From an uncultured Candidatus Saccharibacteria bacterium (GTDB lineage Bacteria; Patescibacteriota; Minisyncoccia; Ryanbacterales; HO2-45-13), in the NCBI GenBank assembly GCA_964354975.1, contig CAYHBS010000004.1:3614-67613 (forward strand): a stretch of 64,000 nt of DNA, read 5' to 3'. The notes beneath the pieces are model-generated. The model was not told the DNA's origin. It was given only the letters and a program-made list of their open reading frames with translations, and did not search any database. Shown piece by piece: positions 20,735 through 29,137 of this stretch (position 1 is its first letter; each line of letters starts with the position of its first letter). The position numbers and the translations under genes were made by a program.

Positions 20735-22216
20735 TCACTCCGATATTTGAAAAATTGGAAGCACTGAAGCGGTAGCGCCTTCCATATCTTCGACTGCAGC
20801 GGATGTCTTGGTATTTGCCAGGTAGGTATAAAATACGCTTTCGGAAATATACGTACGAATAAGATCGGCATCCTTCTTACGATCAGTACTGCCAAGCAGT
20901 ACAATCCCTATGGGGCGCCCCTCAAATTCAGTCATTTTCAGATTGAACACCGCAACGAGCGTCTCACCTGCAGCGCCCGTAAACCCGCTTTTACTCCCAA
21001 TGTGTCCGGGGGTATCCAAAAATTGGCTGATATTTTTCCATTGATACGCATGGTGCGACTCACTCGCGGGCAGCGCCTTGGTGCGCAACGTCGTTACGTC
21101 AAGTACATGTTGCTTACTGATATAGAGATACCGCGCAAGCCGAATGAGATCGAGCGCGGTGGAAGTGTTTTTTGGCGAAAGTCCACTCGCATCTTCAAAG
21201 TGTGTTTGCTTCAGTCCAATCGACGACACTTTTGTATTCATCAAATCAACAAAACGCCGCTCTCCTACATATTCCGCAAGTGCCATTGCCGCATCGTTAC
21301 TTGATTCGAGGAGTAATGGAAACACAAATTCCTGTACTGCAAGTATGTCCCCAGGAACTAAATCTCCCCCCACCCCTTCGGTATCTACTGCGGTACGCGA
21401 AATAGAAAGTTCTTTGTAGTGGTCAAAATTATCAAACGCAGCGAGCACGGTAAATAATTTGCTAATCGACGCAATTGGCATCACGGTATTTCCTTGCTCT
21501 TCGAGGAGCACATCTCCCGTCGTGAGATCCGCAACCGCAAACGCCGTGGCACTGATACCACTCGGTATAGGAACGCCCGAGGAACGCACATAATATCCTG
21601 TTGGTGCCGCCGTTACTTCGTCGCGTACACCCGTCACGATAATGGGCGTTCCGATATCGATGATTTCAAACAGCGCTTTCGCGTCTTCCGTAGAAAGTCG
21701 AATGCATCCGCCGGAATACGTAGAATTCACGAGCGTACCATCATCCTTGTGCGGCCAGCCGTGAATAAAATAGTTGCCGTAAAAATGCATCGAGTATGGC
21801 ATCCAAATTTTTGCAATCGAAGAGAAGTGATTTTTTTCTTTCGTCTTGATGGCATAGGTGCCCGCGGGAGTCTCATAGGTAGAACCCGGTTTCCCGATCG
21901 CAAGGATGGGAAAGGTGCGATCTGCTTTTCCATCACGAAATACGGTGAGCACATGCGCATGAAGATCCGCATGAATAGACACTCCTTCCTTTGGAATTGA
22001 GAGTGGTTCGCGTACTGTTCCCGGAGTAAATGGCGGAACGGTGTGTTCAGCCTGTGGGATCTCTATTTCCTCGATCGATTCAGCGTCATGTGTTTGGAAT
22101 ACGTCCGATAGTAGCGCGGGAGAATGACCGAGTGCCGTAGCACCCCCCGATGTTAACAAAAAACCCAGCGCGAGGGTAAAGAGTACAAAAAAATGCCTGT
22201 GGACGTAGCGTATCAT
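20735..22216 (-). CDS. Fusion protein: N-terminal L,D-transpeptidase (YkuD) domain plus C-terminal D-alanyl-D-alanine carboxypeptidase (S11, PBP5-like) domain
   Basis: HGWP...SGGCIRL catalytic Cys motif in the N-terminal domain. SISK (SxxK), SSND (SxN) and KSG (KTG) motifs in the C-terminal domain. N-terminal signal/TM. Confidence 0.75.
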   Translation of the reverse strand: MIRYVHRHFFVLFTLALGFLLTSGGATALGHSPALLSDVFQTHDAESIEEIEIPQAEHTVPPFTPGTVREPLSIPKEGVSIHADLHAHVLTVFRDGKADRTFPILAIGKPGSTYETPAGTYAIKTKEKNHFSSIAKIWMPYSMHFYGNYFIHGWPHKDDGTLVNSTYSGGCIRLSTEDAKALFEIIDIGTPIIVTGVRDEVTAAPTGYYVRSSGVPIPSGISATAFAVADLTTGDVLLEEQGNTVMPIASISKLFTVLAAFDNFDHYKELSISRTAVDTEGVGGDLVPGDILAVQEFVFPLLLESSNDAAMALAEYVGERRFVDLMNTKVSSIGLKQTHFEDASGLSPKNTSTALDLIRLARYLYISKQHVLDVTTLRTKALPASESHHAYQWKNISQFLDTPGHIGSKSGFTGAAGETLVAVFNLKMTEFEGRPIGIVLLGSTDRKKDADLIRTYISESVFYTYLANTKTSAAVEDMEGATASVLPIFQISE

Positions 22217-22275
22217 GCGTTCAGTATTTCTATTATACGTGCATGCACAGCATATGCTGCTGTGGATAGAAAAAT

Positions 22276-22299
22276 CCCGTCCCGCCTAGGCGGGACGGG
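22276..22299. terminator. Hairpin cccgtcccgcc-ta-ggcgggacggg followed by a T-run on the minus strand
   Basis: Immediately downstream of the 22314..22718 gene. Confidence 0.55.
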
Positions 22300-22313
22300 C
22301 AGTTGCATTGTCA

Positions 22314-22718
22314 CTACGCGTGCTGACTTTGCGCCACACGCACGAGCGCCGTGTACATGATGCGCTCAATACCTTGCACGACCCGCCGCTCTTCATCGTG
22401 ATGACGAATACGGTATGAGACGCGTAGCATTCGCGTCACGATCTTTGGGCTCTTATTGAGATATAGCGCAAGTGTTGCGGTGGAAAGATCGGGCGCATAC
22501 TTCCGCGCAATGGCGCACACCAGTCTTCTCGCCTCGTTGAAATGGCGTACTGACCGGGAAGATTTCATCTGCTCAAGACTGACGGTTGTCACCTTTGACA
22601 CTGTTGAAGTAATCAACTCCAGTCGCACATACGCGCGCCGACCAAACAGCGCGGCACGAATACTGCGTTCCACTGCGGCCGCGGCGGTGGAAGAGTCCCT
22701 CGGTAATGTTTGTTGCAC
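22314..22718 (-). CDS. DnaA C-terminal (domain IV)-like HTH protein
   Basis: Weak similarity to the DnaA DNA-binding domain (RHFNEARRLVCAIARKY...). No AAA+ domain. Confidence 0.45.
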   Translation of the reverse strand: MQQTLPRDSSTAAAAVERSIRAALFGRRAYVRLELITSTVSKVTTVSLEQMKSSRSVRHFNEARRLVCAIARKYAPDLSTATLALYLNKSPKIVTRMLRVSYRIRHHDEERRVVQGIERIMYTALVRVAQSQHA

Positions 22719-22827
22719 GGTGCTACCTCCTAGATTCTAGGGCGTAACTATACTGGATTATTCCCCGATGTAAAGAGAGTGGGGGCAGCTGATATAGCTA
22801 CCCCCTCCTGTTGAATGCTGTGCGTCA

Positions 22828-23580
22828 TCAGCTACTCGTTTTGGTAGATACGTCGGAAGCGGACGGAACTTTTGCAGGTACCGGGTGAGTGATACCGAGC
22901 ACCTCGTCCAATCGATCGAGTATCAGTTGAATATCACGCAAATGGTCACGTGTTTTTTTGCTTTCATCGATGTCAATGGTCACGACCCCGCGTAATACGG
23001 TGGTATGATTTCTCTGCGAAAGTGCGCCCCCAATATCTGGAAGGGATAGCTGTGTGCGTACGCGCGCGATCCAATAGAGAATATTGCGTGGATAGTTTTG
23101 ACGTCTCTTCTTTTGTCGCGAAAGTATTTCACTTTCTGGTATCTTAAAGTACCACGCGACGACCGCGAGAATACGATCTAATTCGGATGCTGATCGTAAT
23201 CTTTTCAACTCCCCGTCAGAAAACAAGTCGATGGATGGCCGTTTGACGGTATGATCACCCCTATCATCAGCGGTGCGCTCGTATGTCGCGCACGGTGAGT
23301 CCTCACGGTTTATGATACGCGCTTTCGATTGTTGATCTTTCTTCTTATCATGCTCGCCAATACGCTGTTGGGCAGTCAATGCTCCGTGGAACATACACCG
23401 ACCTTCATTCGTAGGATTTCCACATTGAAAGCAATACCTGCGTTTGAGTGTGGTCGGATCTTTTTGCGTGCACTCGCGACAGAGATCGTTTCCCCCCACT
23501 AAATCGATGCGTAGTAGCTGTGTGCCATCTTCGGTGCAATACCGATTAATGCCTCCAAACATGTACGCGTCCATATACAC
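22828..23580 (-). CDS. Zn-ribbon plus DnaA domain IV-like HTH protein
   Basis: C-terminal PRNILYWIARVRTQLSLPDIGGALSQRNHTTVL closely matches the DnaA box-binding signature (RDHTTVLHA). The N-terminus has CxxC...CxxC. Confidence 0.65.
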   Translation of the reverse strand: MYMDAYMFGGINRYCTEDGTQLLRIDLVGGNDLCRECTQKDPTTLKRRYCFQCGNPTNEGRCMFHGALTAQQRIGEHDKKKDQQSKARIINREDSPCATYERTADDRGDHTVKRPSIDLFSDGELKRLRSASELDRILAVVAWYFKIPESEILSRQKKRRQNYPRNILYWIARVRTQLSLPDIGGALSQRNHTTVLRGVVTIDIDESKKTRDHLRDIQLILDRLDEVLGITHPVPAKVPSASDVSTKTSS

Positions 23581-23631
23581 TCCTTAAGGTGCGTTTGATT
23601 GGGTTGTACCATTTTGTAATCAAAATGTACA

Positions 23632-23883
23632 TCAACGCTTGCGCGCGCGTTGAATCAGCCGTAGCTTGCGATCGCGGCGTAACTGCTTAATCGCATGTTC
23701 ACGCGTGAGTGCGTGTGATTTATTTTTACAGCGTTCGGTATACGCAATTGCGACTGGCGGGTGGGACCTCGTATAGCGTCCGCCCCTTCCTGCTTTGTGT
23801 GCGGTAAAACGGCGCGCGAGATTATCGGTACTTCCGGTATACAAACTCCCATCCTTACATTTGAGGATATATATGCACCACAT
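23632..23883 (-). CDS. GIY-YIG nuclease family protein (UPF0213/YhbQ-like)
   Basis: YILKCKDGSLYTGSTDNLARRFTAH is the GIY-YIG motif. Confidence 0.8.
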   Translation of the reverse strand: MWCIYILKCKDGSLYTGSTDNLARRFTAHKAGRGGRYTRSHPPVAIAYTERCKNKSHALTREHAIKQLRRDRKLRLIQRARKR

Positions 23884-23910
23884 AGATACAGTATAAAAGA
23901 AAACCGCCCC

Positions 23911-24138
23911 TCATGGGGCGGGTTGTTTCAAAAAATTCGGGTGCCACGGCAATGTGGTGGTGTTGATTGACTCGCGAATGTTTGCTGGCAGACTCATGCG
24001 AATCACTCTTGCCGCTCCCTCAAGCAGGGTGCGATCGGCGCTCCCTTCATTTGAGCGATGTGCTAATTTCTCAATGAGAACAGCGCACCATTCGTTTTCC
24101 ATCGCACGAATCGTTTGAGATTGCTCTGAAGTACTCAT
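23911..24138 (-). CDS. Hypothetical protein
   Basis: ORF with its own intrinsic terminator hairpin (aaccgcccc/ggggcggtt) overlapping its stop. Confidence 0.4.
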   Translation of the reverse strand: MSTSEQSQTIRAMENEWCAVLIEKLAHRSNEGSADRTLLEGAARVIRMSLPANIRESINTTTLPWHPNFLKQPAP

Positions 24139-24165
24139 TGCATCCCTCCTTGTTCGTTGGGCACT

Positions 24166-24393
24166 CTACCGCCGAAGTGTCAGCGACGCAAGACCTTTAC
24201 GCAAGTTCTCGGTTGCACCACCATAGCGCTGACGAGTCGTCATGTCTCGTGGTGCGTCTCCGAGCTCGGCCTGCGCTATGCGCCGATTCAGCAGAGCTGG
24301 AGTTTCTAGAATTTTGATAGATCTCCTTTTCGACTTTCCGAGACTTTCAGTATTACGCCGTGACTTTTGAGTTCTTGGTAGTAACTTTTTCAT
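24166..24393 (-). CDS. Hypothetical basic protein
   Basis: 75 aa ORF, co-oriented with its neighbours. Confidence 0.35.
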   Translation of the reverse strand: MKKLLPRTQKSRRNTESLGKSKRRSIKILETPALLNRRIAQAELGDAPRDMTTRQRYGGATENLRKGLASLTLRR

Positions 24394-24726
24394 CTACTCC
24401 TCCTGGTGTCATCTGTAGTAATTCTATCACAACAAAACCACGCGCCAAACACGCGTCCGACGCACATAAAAAAATTTAGCGAGCACTGCGGATATTCCCA
24501 ATTTGCACGGAAGCGACTGCCATCGCATCTGCTGCAACGACATCTTGCTCGATCGCAAACTTTTGCACTTCCCCCCACACACCAATAAACGTCACGAGAA
24601 TAATTGCGAGCGTCCAATCGAGCCAGCGTTCGAGAAAGACTTTTTTGTTCATATGTATATTGTGGCACGTTCATCCAGCATGGCGAGCACGGGGTGTGCA
24701 AATCCCTAGAGCGAAGGTATGTGATC

Positions 24727-25452
24727 TTATTTTTCACCTGCGGCGTAGTTAAACGCCTCATGCCAGTTGATATTACGCGTGATATACATCACTCCCGAAA
24801 GTAATGCGAATAGGAGGAGCGAACCCGCGAGGAGCGCATACGTTTCAAGATGGAGCGTAATCAACAAATACGCATAAATAATTGTGAGGAGAAGTGCGAT
24901 GAGCATTCCCCCACTTTTTGTTTTGAGTATGAAATGACTATAGAGCGAAATCAGCGCCGTGGTCATGAGCGCAGCAATGATATACGCCGCTAAAAATCCA
25001 ATGTGCTCCATAAATGCGAGGAGTAATAGATAAAATTCCGCAAGTGAAAGCCCAACAAGTAAATATTGTATCGGGTGGAGCCGGAGGCGATAAAAAATTT
25101 CCATGAGGAAAAACGCAAGGAACGTAAGTACAATAAAAAGAATTGCATACTTCAGCACGCGATCAACAAGTCTATACACGCTTACACCGTTTTCATCAAA
25201 CCCCGGAAGTTTCCCGTGTATAAGCACTTTGGCCACGTCTCCACCTTGTCTCTCTACTGCGGCCCCTTGATATGCAATTCGGTCGTTGACCATTGACTGA
25301 ACAAATAGACTGGCAGCAAAACTCACAATCAAAATCACCCCAATCACGAAGATTTTTATAGCAAACGCAATATACGAAGCAAGCGGTGTGAGTGGCCCCA
25401 TGTACTTATGGTAACACCGGTAGGGCGGTAAAAGTAACGCCATCAAGGACAC
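24727..25452 (-). CDS. Polytopic inner-membrane protein, CreD-family-like
   Basis: Five to six predicted TM helices. The YRLVDRVLKYAILFIVLTF block resembles the CreD family. Real start may be MGPLTP at 25401. Confidence 0.5.
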   Translation of the reverse strand: MSLMALLLPPYRCYHKYMGPLTPLASYIAFAIKIFVIGVILIVSFAASLFVQSMVNDRIAYQGAAVERQGGDVAKVLIHGKLPGFDENGVSVYRLVDRVLKYAILFIVLTFLAFFLMEIFYRLRLHPIQYLLVGLSLAEFYLLLLAFMEHIGFLAAYIIAALMTTALISLYSHFILKTKSGGMLIALLLTIIYAYLLITLHLETYALLAGSLLLFALLSGVMYITRNINWHEAFNYAAGEK

Positions 25453-25497
25453 GAGTAATCACCTGTGTGACTTTAGGAGAGATGAAATAAACAAGAG

Positions 25498-25523
25498 AAA
25501 ACCAGGACGTTAGGTCCTGGTTT
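25498..25523 (-). terminator. Hairpin aaaccaggac-gtta-gtcctggttt followed by ttttctcttgttt on the minus strand
   Basis: 10 bp perfect stem and a U-rich tail in minus-sense. Bounds the structured segment. Confidence 0.5.
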
Positions 25524-25870
25524 GGTTGGCACCCGGAAGGTTGGCGCTCACGCAGTCAATGCTGCCAAGAGTCTCCGCTGAACACAACGAACCACTCGCG
25601 TCGCGAACACAGGAAAGAGAGAACATCACCATCAAGAAAAAAGAAACAAGGCGTTCGCTCGTATGGGAGTGCGCTCGCAAGCACATCCCTCGTACCCAAC
25701 TCGGTACCCGTTGATTGCCTGCGCTCACCAACCTTCCGGGGACTTTTGACCGTCTGTAGAGACGACCAAGAGCCTACAGCAATAATAGCGCGAGAGATAC
25801 AACAGAGCAACTCACCGGAATTGGTGGGCGCAGTGAAAACTTTCCCTAATACTCAATACCTAAATATGAA
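25524..25870. ncRNA. Candidate structured ncRNA downstream of the RT gene, flanked by a 13 bp inverted repeat and bounded by hairpin terminators (strand uncertain, minus favoured)
   Basis: No convincing ORF. IR cccggaaggttgg (25532-25544) / ccaaccttccggg (25728-25740). Internal stem-loops. A/T strand asymmetry. Confidence 0.3.
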
Positions 25871-25902
25871 AAAAGGGGTAGCTGGATTCCGCTACCCCTT
25901 TT
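25871..25902. terminator. Bidirectional intrinsic terminator (aaaaggggtagc-tggattcc-gctacccctttt plus gttttttt) overlapping the RT stop codon
   Basis: 12 bp stem flanked by A-run and T-run. Confidence 0.65.
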
Positions 25903-26836
25903 GTTTTTTTCTCCTCCGCGCAGCTTTCCTCGCTACACGGTATGTATGCACTAGTCGTGTAAAGGTTTGATCGAAGGGTTCTTCCCGCATAATCCCAGAT
26001 ATGACGCCCATTCTTCCAGAAAGTTCAGAGAACCCTTCCCCAGTCTCTAGGAATTTTCTGAGAAGTTTTTTGGTCTTCCAGCGAAATTGTTGTGGAACAA
26101 AAATACGTCCTCCAAGTTCTAGTCCCACGCCATTGACCACTACTGGACCTTTCATCAAATCCCATACGTGCGTCTTTCGATGACTAATAGAAAATCCAGC
26201 GGATTCGATAATGGATCGAATGTTGCTCCGTTTTTTCTCTCCTATCACTTCTGCCGCAGAAAACACAAGATCATCGATATAGCGCGTATAGGTCATACCA
26301 TACCTCGCGACCACAGGGGCAAGCACTCGATCAAGTACTGCGCTCGCATAGATATTAAACAGGTCGGGCGATGCGGGGGCGCCAACTGCAAGTCCACCAG
26401 AGCATGATGCACAATAATTCTCTAGAAATGTGCGTGCCATCTCTACTTCGGTGTTTAGGGGGAGTTGTCCTTCCAATGAAAGTAGAATCTCCGCGAGCGT
26501 ATTGAGATTGATGGTATGATACGCATCACGCAAATCAAGGTGATAGATATATCGATTTTGACGATGACGCGCAACGTGTCGTGCCGGGTTAGCCCCTGGG
26601 CGCGCTCCCGTGGCAAACCGCAGATCGGCGGGTAGTGAACGTAAGTGAGAAATGAGGCGCTTGTGAAGTTGTCTCATCGATGTATTCGGAGCTTCGATAA
26701 GACGCTTTTTCCTCGTACCACTAAGTGGATTGATGTCGTTGTAAAGGAACCTCCGAAACTTCGGAGGTGTTTTTGTTCTGGGCAACAAATCTATCAGATA
26801 CATCTGAAACACCTCCTCTATCCTTGGTTTGGCCAC
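25892..26836 (-). CDS. Reverse transcriptase, retron-type RT domain only (314 aa, GTG start)
   Basis: RT motifs: KKRLIEAPNTSMRQL, NPARHV...YIYHLDLRDAYHTI (NAxxH/motif A-like), GLAVGAPASPDLFNIY, TYTRYIDDLVFS (YIDD), VVNGVGL (VTG-like). No maturase or endonuclease domains. Confidence 0.85.
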   Translation of the reverse strand: MAKPRIEEVFQMYLIDLLPRTKTPPKFRRFLYNDINPLSGTRKKRLIEAPNTSMRQLHKRLISHLRSLPADLRFATGARPGANPARHVARHRQNRYIYHLDLRDAYHTINLNTLAEILLSLEGQLPLNTEVEMARTFLENYCASCSGGLAVGAPASPDLFNIYASAVLDRVLAPVVARYGMTYTRYIDDLVFSAAEVIGEKKRSNIRSIIESAGFSISHRKTHVWDLMKGPVVVNGVGLELGGRIFVPQQFRWKTKKLLRKFLETGEGFSELSGRMGVISGIMREEPFDQTFTRLVHTYRVARKAARRRKKQKG

Positions 26837-27283
26837 ACTCTATCATACACGCGCAGCGAATGATACTTTTCAAGATTCGAGAGAATATCACTCCGCTTTG
26901 CAAATCCCGACGCCTCGGTTGGGGCATGTGTTTTGCAAATCAAAAACCGCCATACTGCGGTTTTTGAGTAAAACTTCTGGCTGCCATGGGTGGGCGCTCA
27001 TTGGCACCGAATAATCAGGGACATCAATACGTTAAATGTTGCTAATACAGAATAGAGCAGCTCTTTTTTGTAAATTGGGTCTCCTGCTAGTGGAAGTTGG
27101 AACTGCGCTTTATAACACAACATCCCTACTGATGGATTTTTTTGATTTACGTGTCACTATTACCTAGCCAACGTTTATATGGGTTTCTGCGGGTAAAATC
27201 TCTCAGGAATATTCCGTAGCTTACATAACCTCTATCTTTATACTATGCTAAAAATGTGATGAAGCTTCAATACATAAGCTTGA

Positions 27284-28522
27284 ATGAATAAGAAAAAAAA
27301 GGTGATGATCTTCGTTGACGGAGAATTCATCCCATCCTACAGTGGGGCGACAAATAGATTTCACTATTTATCTGACGCCCTTCAACGATATACAAATACA
27401 GAAGTTGTTGTCGTTGTGTCCGACCGTGGTTGGACAGACACAAAGCTAATTAGAAAAGAGCGATTTAGGACATATTTGGTTCGCTCTGACTTATTTAAAA
27501 ACATTGACTTTCTGTTCCATCTAGTAAACAGGGAGCAACCTCAGATACTACAATTTGCTAACCTTGAGCTTGCCGTTCAACTAGGCATCCCCTTATCAGT
27601 AATGGGTGGTCAACACTTGGTGTATGAGGCGCATTATGATGATTTGGAATTCGCTAAATCTCTTGGTGCACCCAAAAAACAATTAGATAGCGTAAGGGGT
27701 TTAATGCATCACTTCGGCATTTATTTTGATAAGATTATTTCCCTCAGTAAGGATGACCACCTTGTTAAATCAAGATTTGGGGTTAGCGCGTCTCGCATCG
27801 CTATAGTGCCGAGCGGAATCAGACTAGATGACTTTCCACATAGTTGTTTTAAAGCGACCTCAAAAAAAATAATATTTCTAGGGAATTATTATTATGCCGT
27901 CAATTTAGCGGCTCTGAAACTGATTAGGAATTCTGTTTATCCAAAATTATCTGAGAAAGGATATATTTTTTATATTATTGGTGACATTCCATCCAAGATA
28001 AAGAAATCACTTGAGAAAAAAAACTTCGTAATCGTCGGCAAACAAAGTACGCTAAATACATACTTCAGTAATTCATTGTGCGCCCTTTCACCCGTTGCTG
28101 CTGGGTCCGGGATGAGAATTAAGATACTTGACTATTTGAATGCGGGGCTACCTGTCATCACAACCAGCCAGGGATCGCGGGGGTTCCTAAATAGAAACTT
28201 ATTGATGATTGAGGATGACATTAATAAGTTTTCCGAAATTATAGAGCTCATTGCAAGGTCAACTTTCACCTCTAGATTATTATCTGAGGCAGGCAGAAGG
28301 TTTGTTAGAAAACATATGTCCTGGAGTGTGGTCGCACAAAGCATGTCTGAAGAGTACGATAAAATTCTCCATAAAAGGAGGGTTACAAAGATCAATGCCC
28401 TGAATAGAATAAGTCAGCTAACTGCTCGTGATCCCGCGTGGCTTAAAGAAGTCATCAAAAAGGGGCGTTTTCAGGGAGCGAAACCCCATCTTTCGAAAAA
28501 ATCATATATAGTACTAAATTGA
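27284..28522 (+). CDS. Glycosyltransferase family 1/4 (GT-B fold)
   Basis: C-terminal GT1 signature (AAGSGMRIKILDYLNAGLPVITT). 412 aa. Confidence 0.8.
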   Translation: MNKKKKVMIFVDGEFIPSYSGATNRFHYLSDALQRYTNTEVVVVVSDRGWTDTKLIRKERFRTYLVRSDLFKNIDFLFHLVNREQPQILQFANLELAVQLGIPLSVMGGQHLVYEAHYDDLEFAKSLGAPKKQLDSVRGLMHHFGIYFDKIISLSKDDHLVKSRFGVSASRIAIVPSGIRLDDFPHSCFKATSKKIIFLGNYYYAVNLAALKLIRNSVYPKLSEKGYIFYIIGDIPSKIKKSLEKKNFVIVGKQSTLNTYFSNSLCALSPVAAGSGMRIKILDYLNAGLPVITTSQGSRGFLNRNLLMIEDDINKFSEIIELIARSTFTSRLLSEAGRRFVRKHMSWSVVAQSMSEEYDKILHKRRVTKINALNRISQLTARDPAWLKEVIKKGRFQGAKPHLSKKSYIVLN

Positions 28523-29109
28523 TGAAATCAATCATCGCCCTTGAAGGGCTCCCCTGCTCAGGGAAAACTGAATTTTTTGAGAAGTTCAAAACCAGTGGGG
28601 TGGAAATGTTTTTCATTCCTGAGCTCTACATGGATGCCCGCGACAAAGTGAATGCTAAAGATGCCCGAGCATTATATACTGAGGCTGAGAAGGATAAGTT
28701 TAAAAAAGTGCCTAAAAATGCACATACCATTTTGTGTGATCGATCATATATTTCAACACTCGGATTTTCCTATGCTTATGGGAAAACATTTTGGGAATAC
28801 AGCACATATGACTACAACACTAAGTTTTTTTCTACAAATCACGATGCAATCCTAGTCCCAACGCATGTTATTGTATTTCGAATACCACCCGAAGAAAGTT
28901 TGAGAAGAAGCACAGAGAAGGGCAGAACTGAAGACGTAGCATATTGGCAGAATATTCAGTTTCTGAGTAATTTTGCAGCCTTTTACGAGTCAGATTTATT
29001 AAAAACGCTTATTAAGAGTAAAATAATATTTGTAGACGCATTAAATATCCATCCTGAGCAAGTTTACGGTCAAGTCGATCAATCGATTAGACAATATATC
29101 AGGAAGTGA
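28519..29109 (+). CDS. P-loop nucleoside/nucleotide kinase, deoxynucleoside kinase/thymidylate kinase-like
   Basis: IALEGLPCSGKT P-loop, a DRS motif (LCDRSYIS) and an Arg-rich lid (LRRSTEKGRTED). Confidence 0.55.
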   Translation: MMKSIIALEGLPCSGKTEFFEKFKTSGVEMFFIPELYMDARDKVNAKDARALYTEAEKDKFKKVPKNAHTILCDRSYISTLGFSYAYGKTFWEYSTYDYNTKFFSTNHDAILVPTHVIVFRIPPEESLRRSTEKGRTEDVAYWQNIQFLSNFAAFYESDLLKTLIKSKIIFVDALNIHPEQVYGQVDQSIRQYIRK

Positions 29110-29137
29110 TTATTACGATGTGAGCGGGTCATAATAA

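Noticed and set aside
24390-24761. ORF 24390..24761 (minus, 123 aa, Cys/Arg-rich) and an unlisted 58 aa minus ORF at 24476..24652 with one TM helix
   Set aside because: The first overlaps the 3' end of the CreD-like gene and has no motif support. The second is plausible (MNKKVFLERWLDWTLAIILVTFIGVW...) but too short to support without expression or conservation data.
25560-25660. DGR template-repeat idea, because the plus strand is AAC/A-rich next to an RT
   Set aside because: The RT has retron-type rather than DGR-type motifs. No target gene with a C-terminal variable repeat is nearby. No second near-identical copy with adenine-specific differences was seen in the window.
25510-25810. Minus-strand ORFs 25510..25731 and 25556..25810, and plus ORFs 25526..25714 and 25746..25970
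   Set aside because: Mutually overlapping, no domain resemblance, and they lie in a segment dominated by inverted repeats and terminator hairpins. Treated as non-coding.
25524-25870. Possibility that the structured segment is RNase P RNA, SRP RNA, tmRNA or 6S RNA
   Set aside because: No match by eye to RNase P GGAAAGUCCGGGC/ACAGAA motifs, the SRP domain IV GGAA/AGC pattern in a proper helix context, or a tRNA-like T-arm plus tag frame for tmRNA. A covariance-model search was not possible, so this is a weak rejection.
26837-27283. Search for retron msr-msd (a1/a2 inverted repeats, msd long hairpin) upstream of the RT
   Set aside because: Only a short bidirectional hairpin (26941-26965) and local direct repeats (gatttgcaaa x2) were found. 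There are no flanking inverted repeats of 10 bp or more. A canonical upstream retron ncRNA is not supported.
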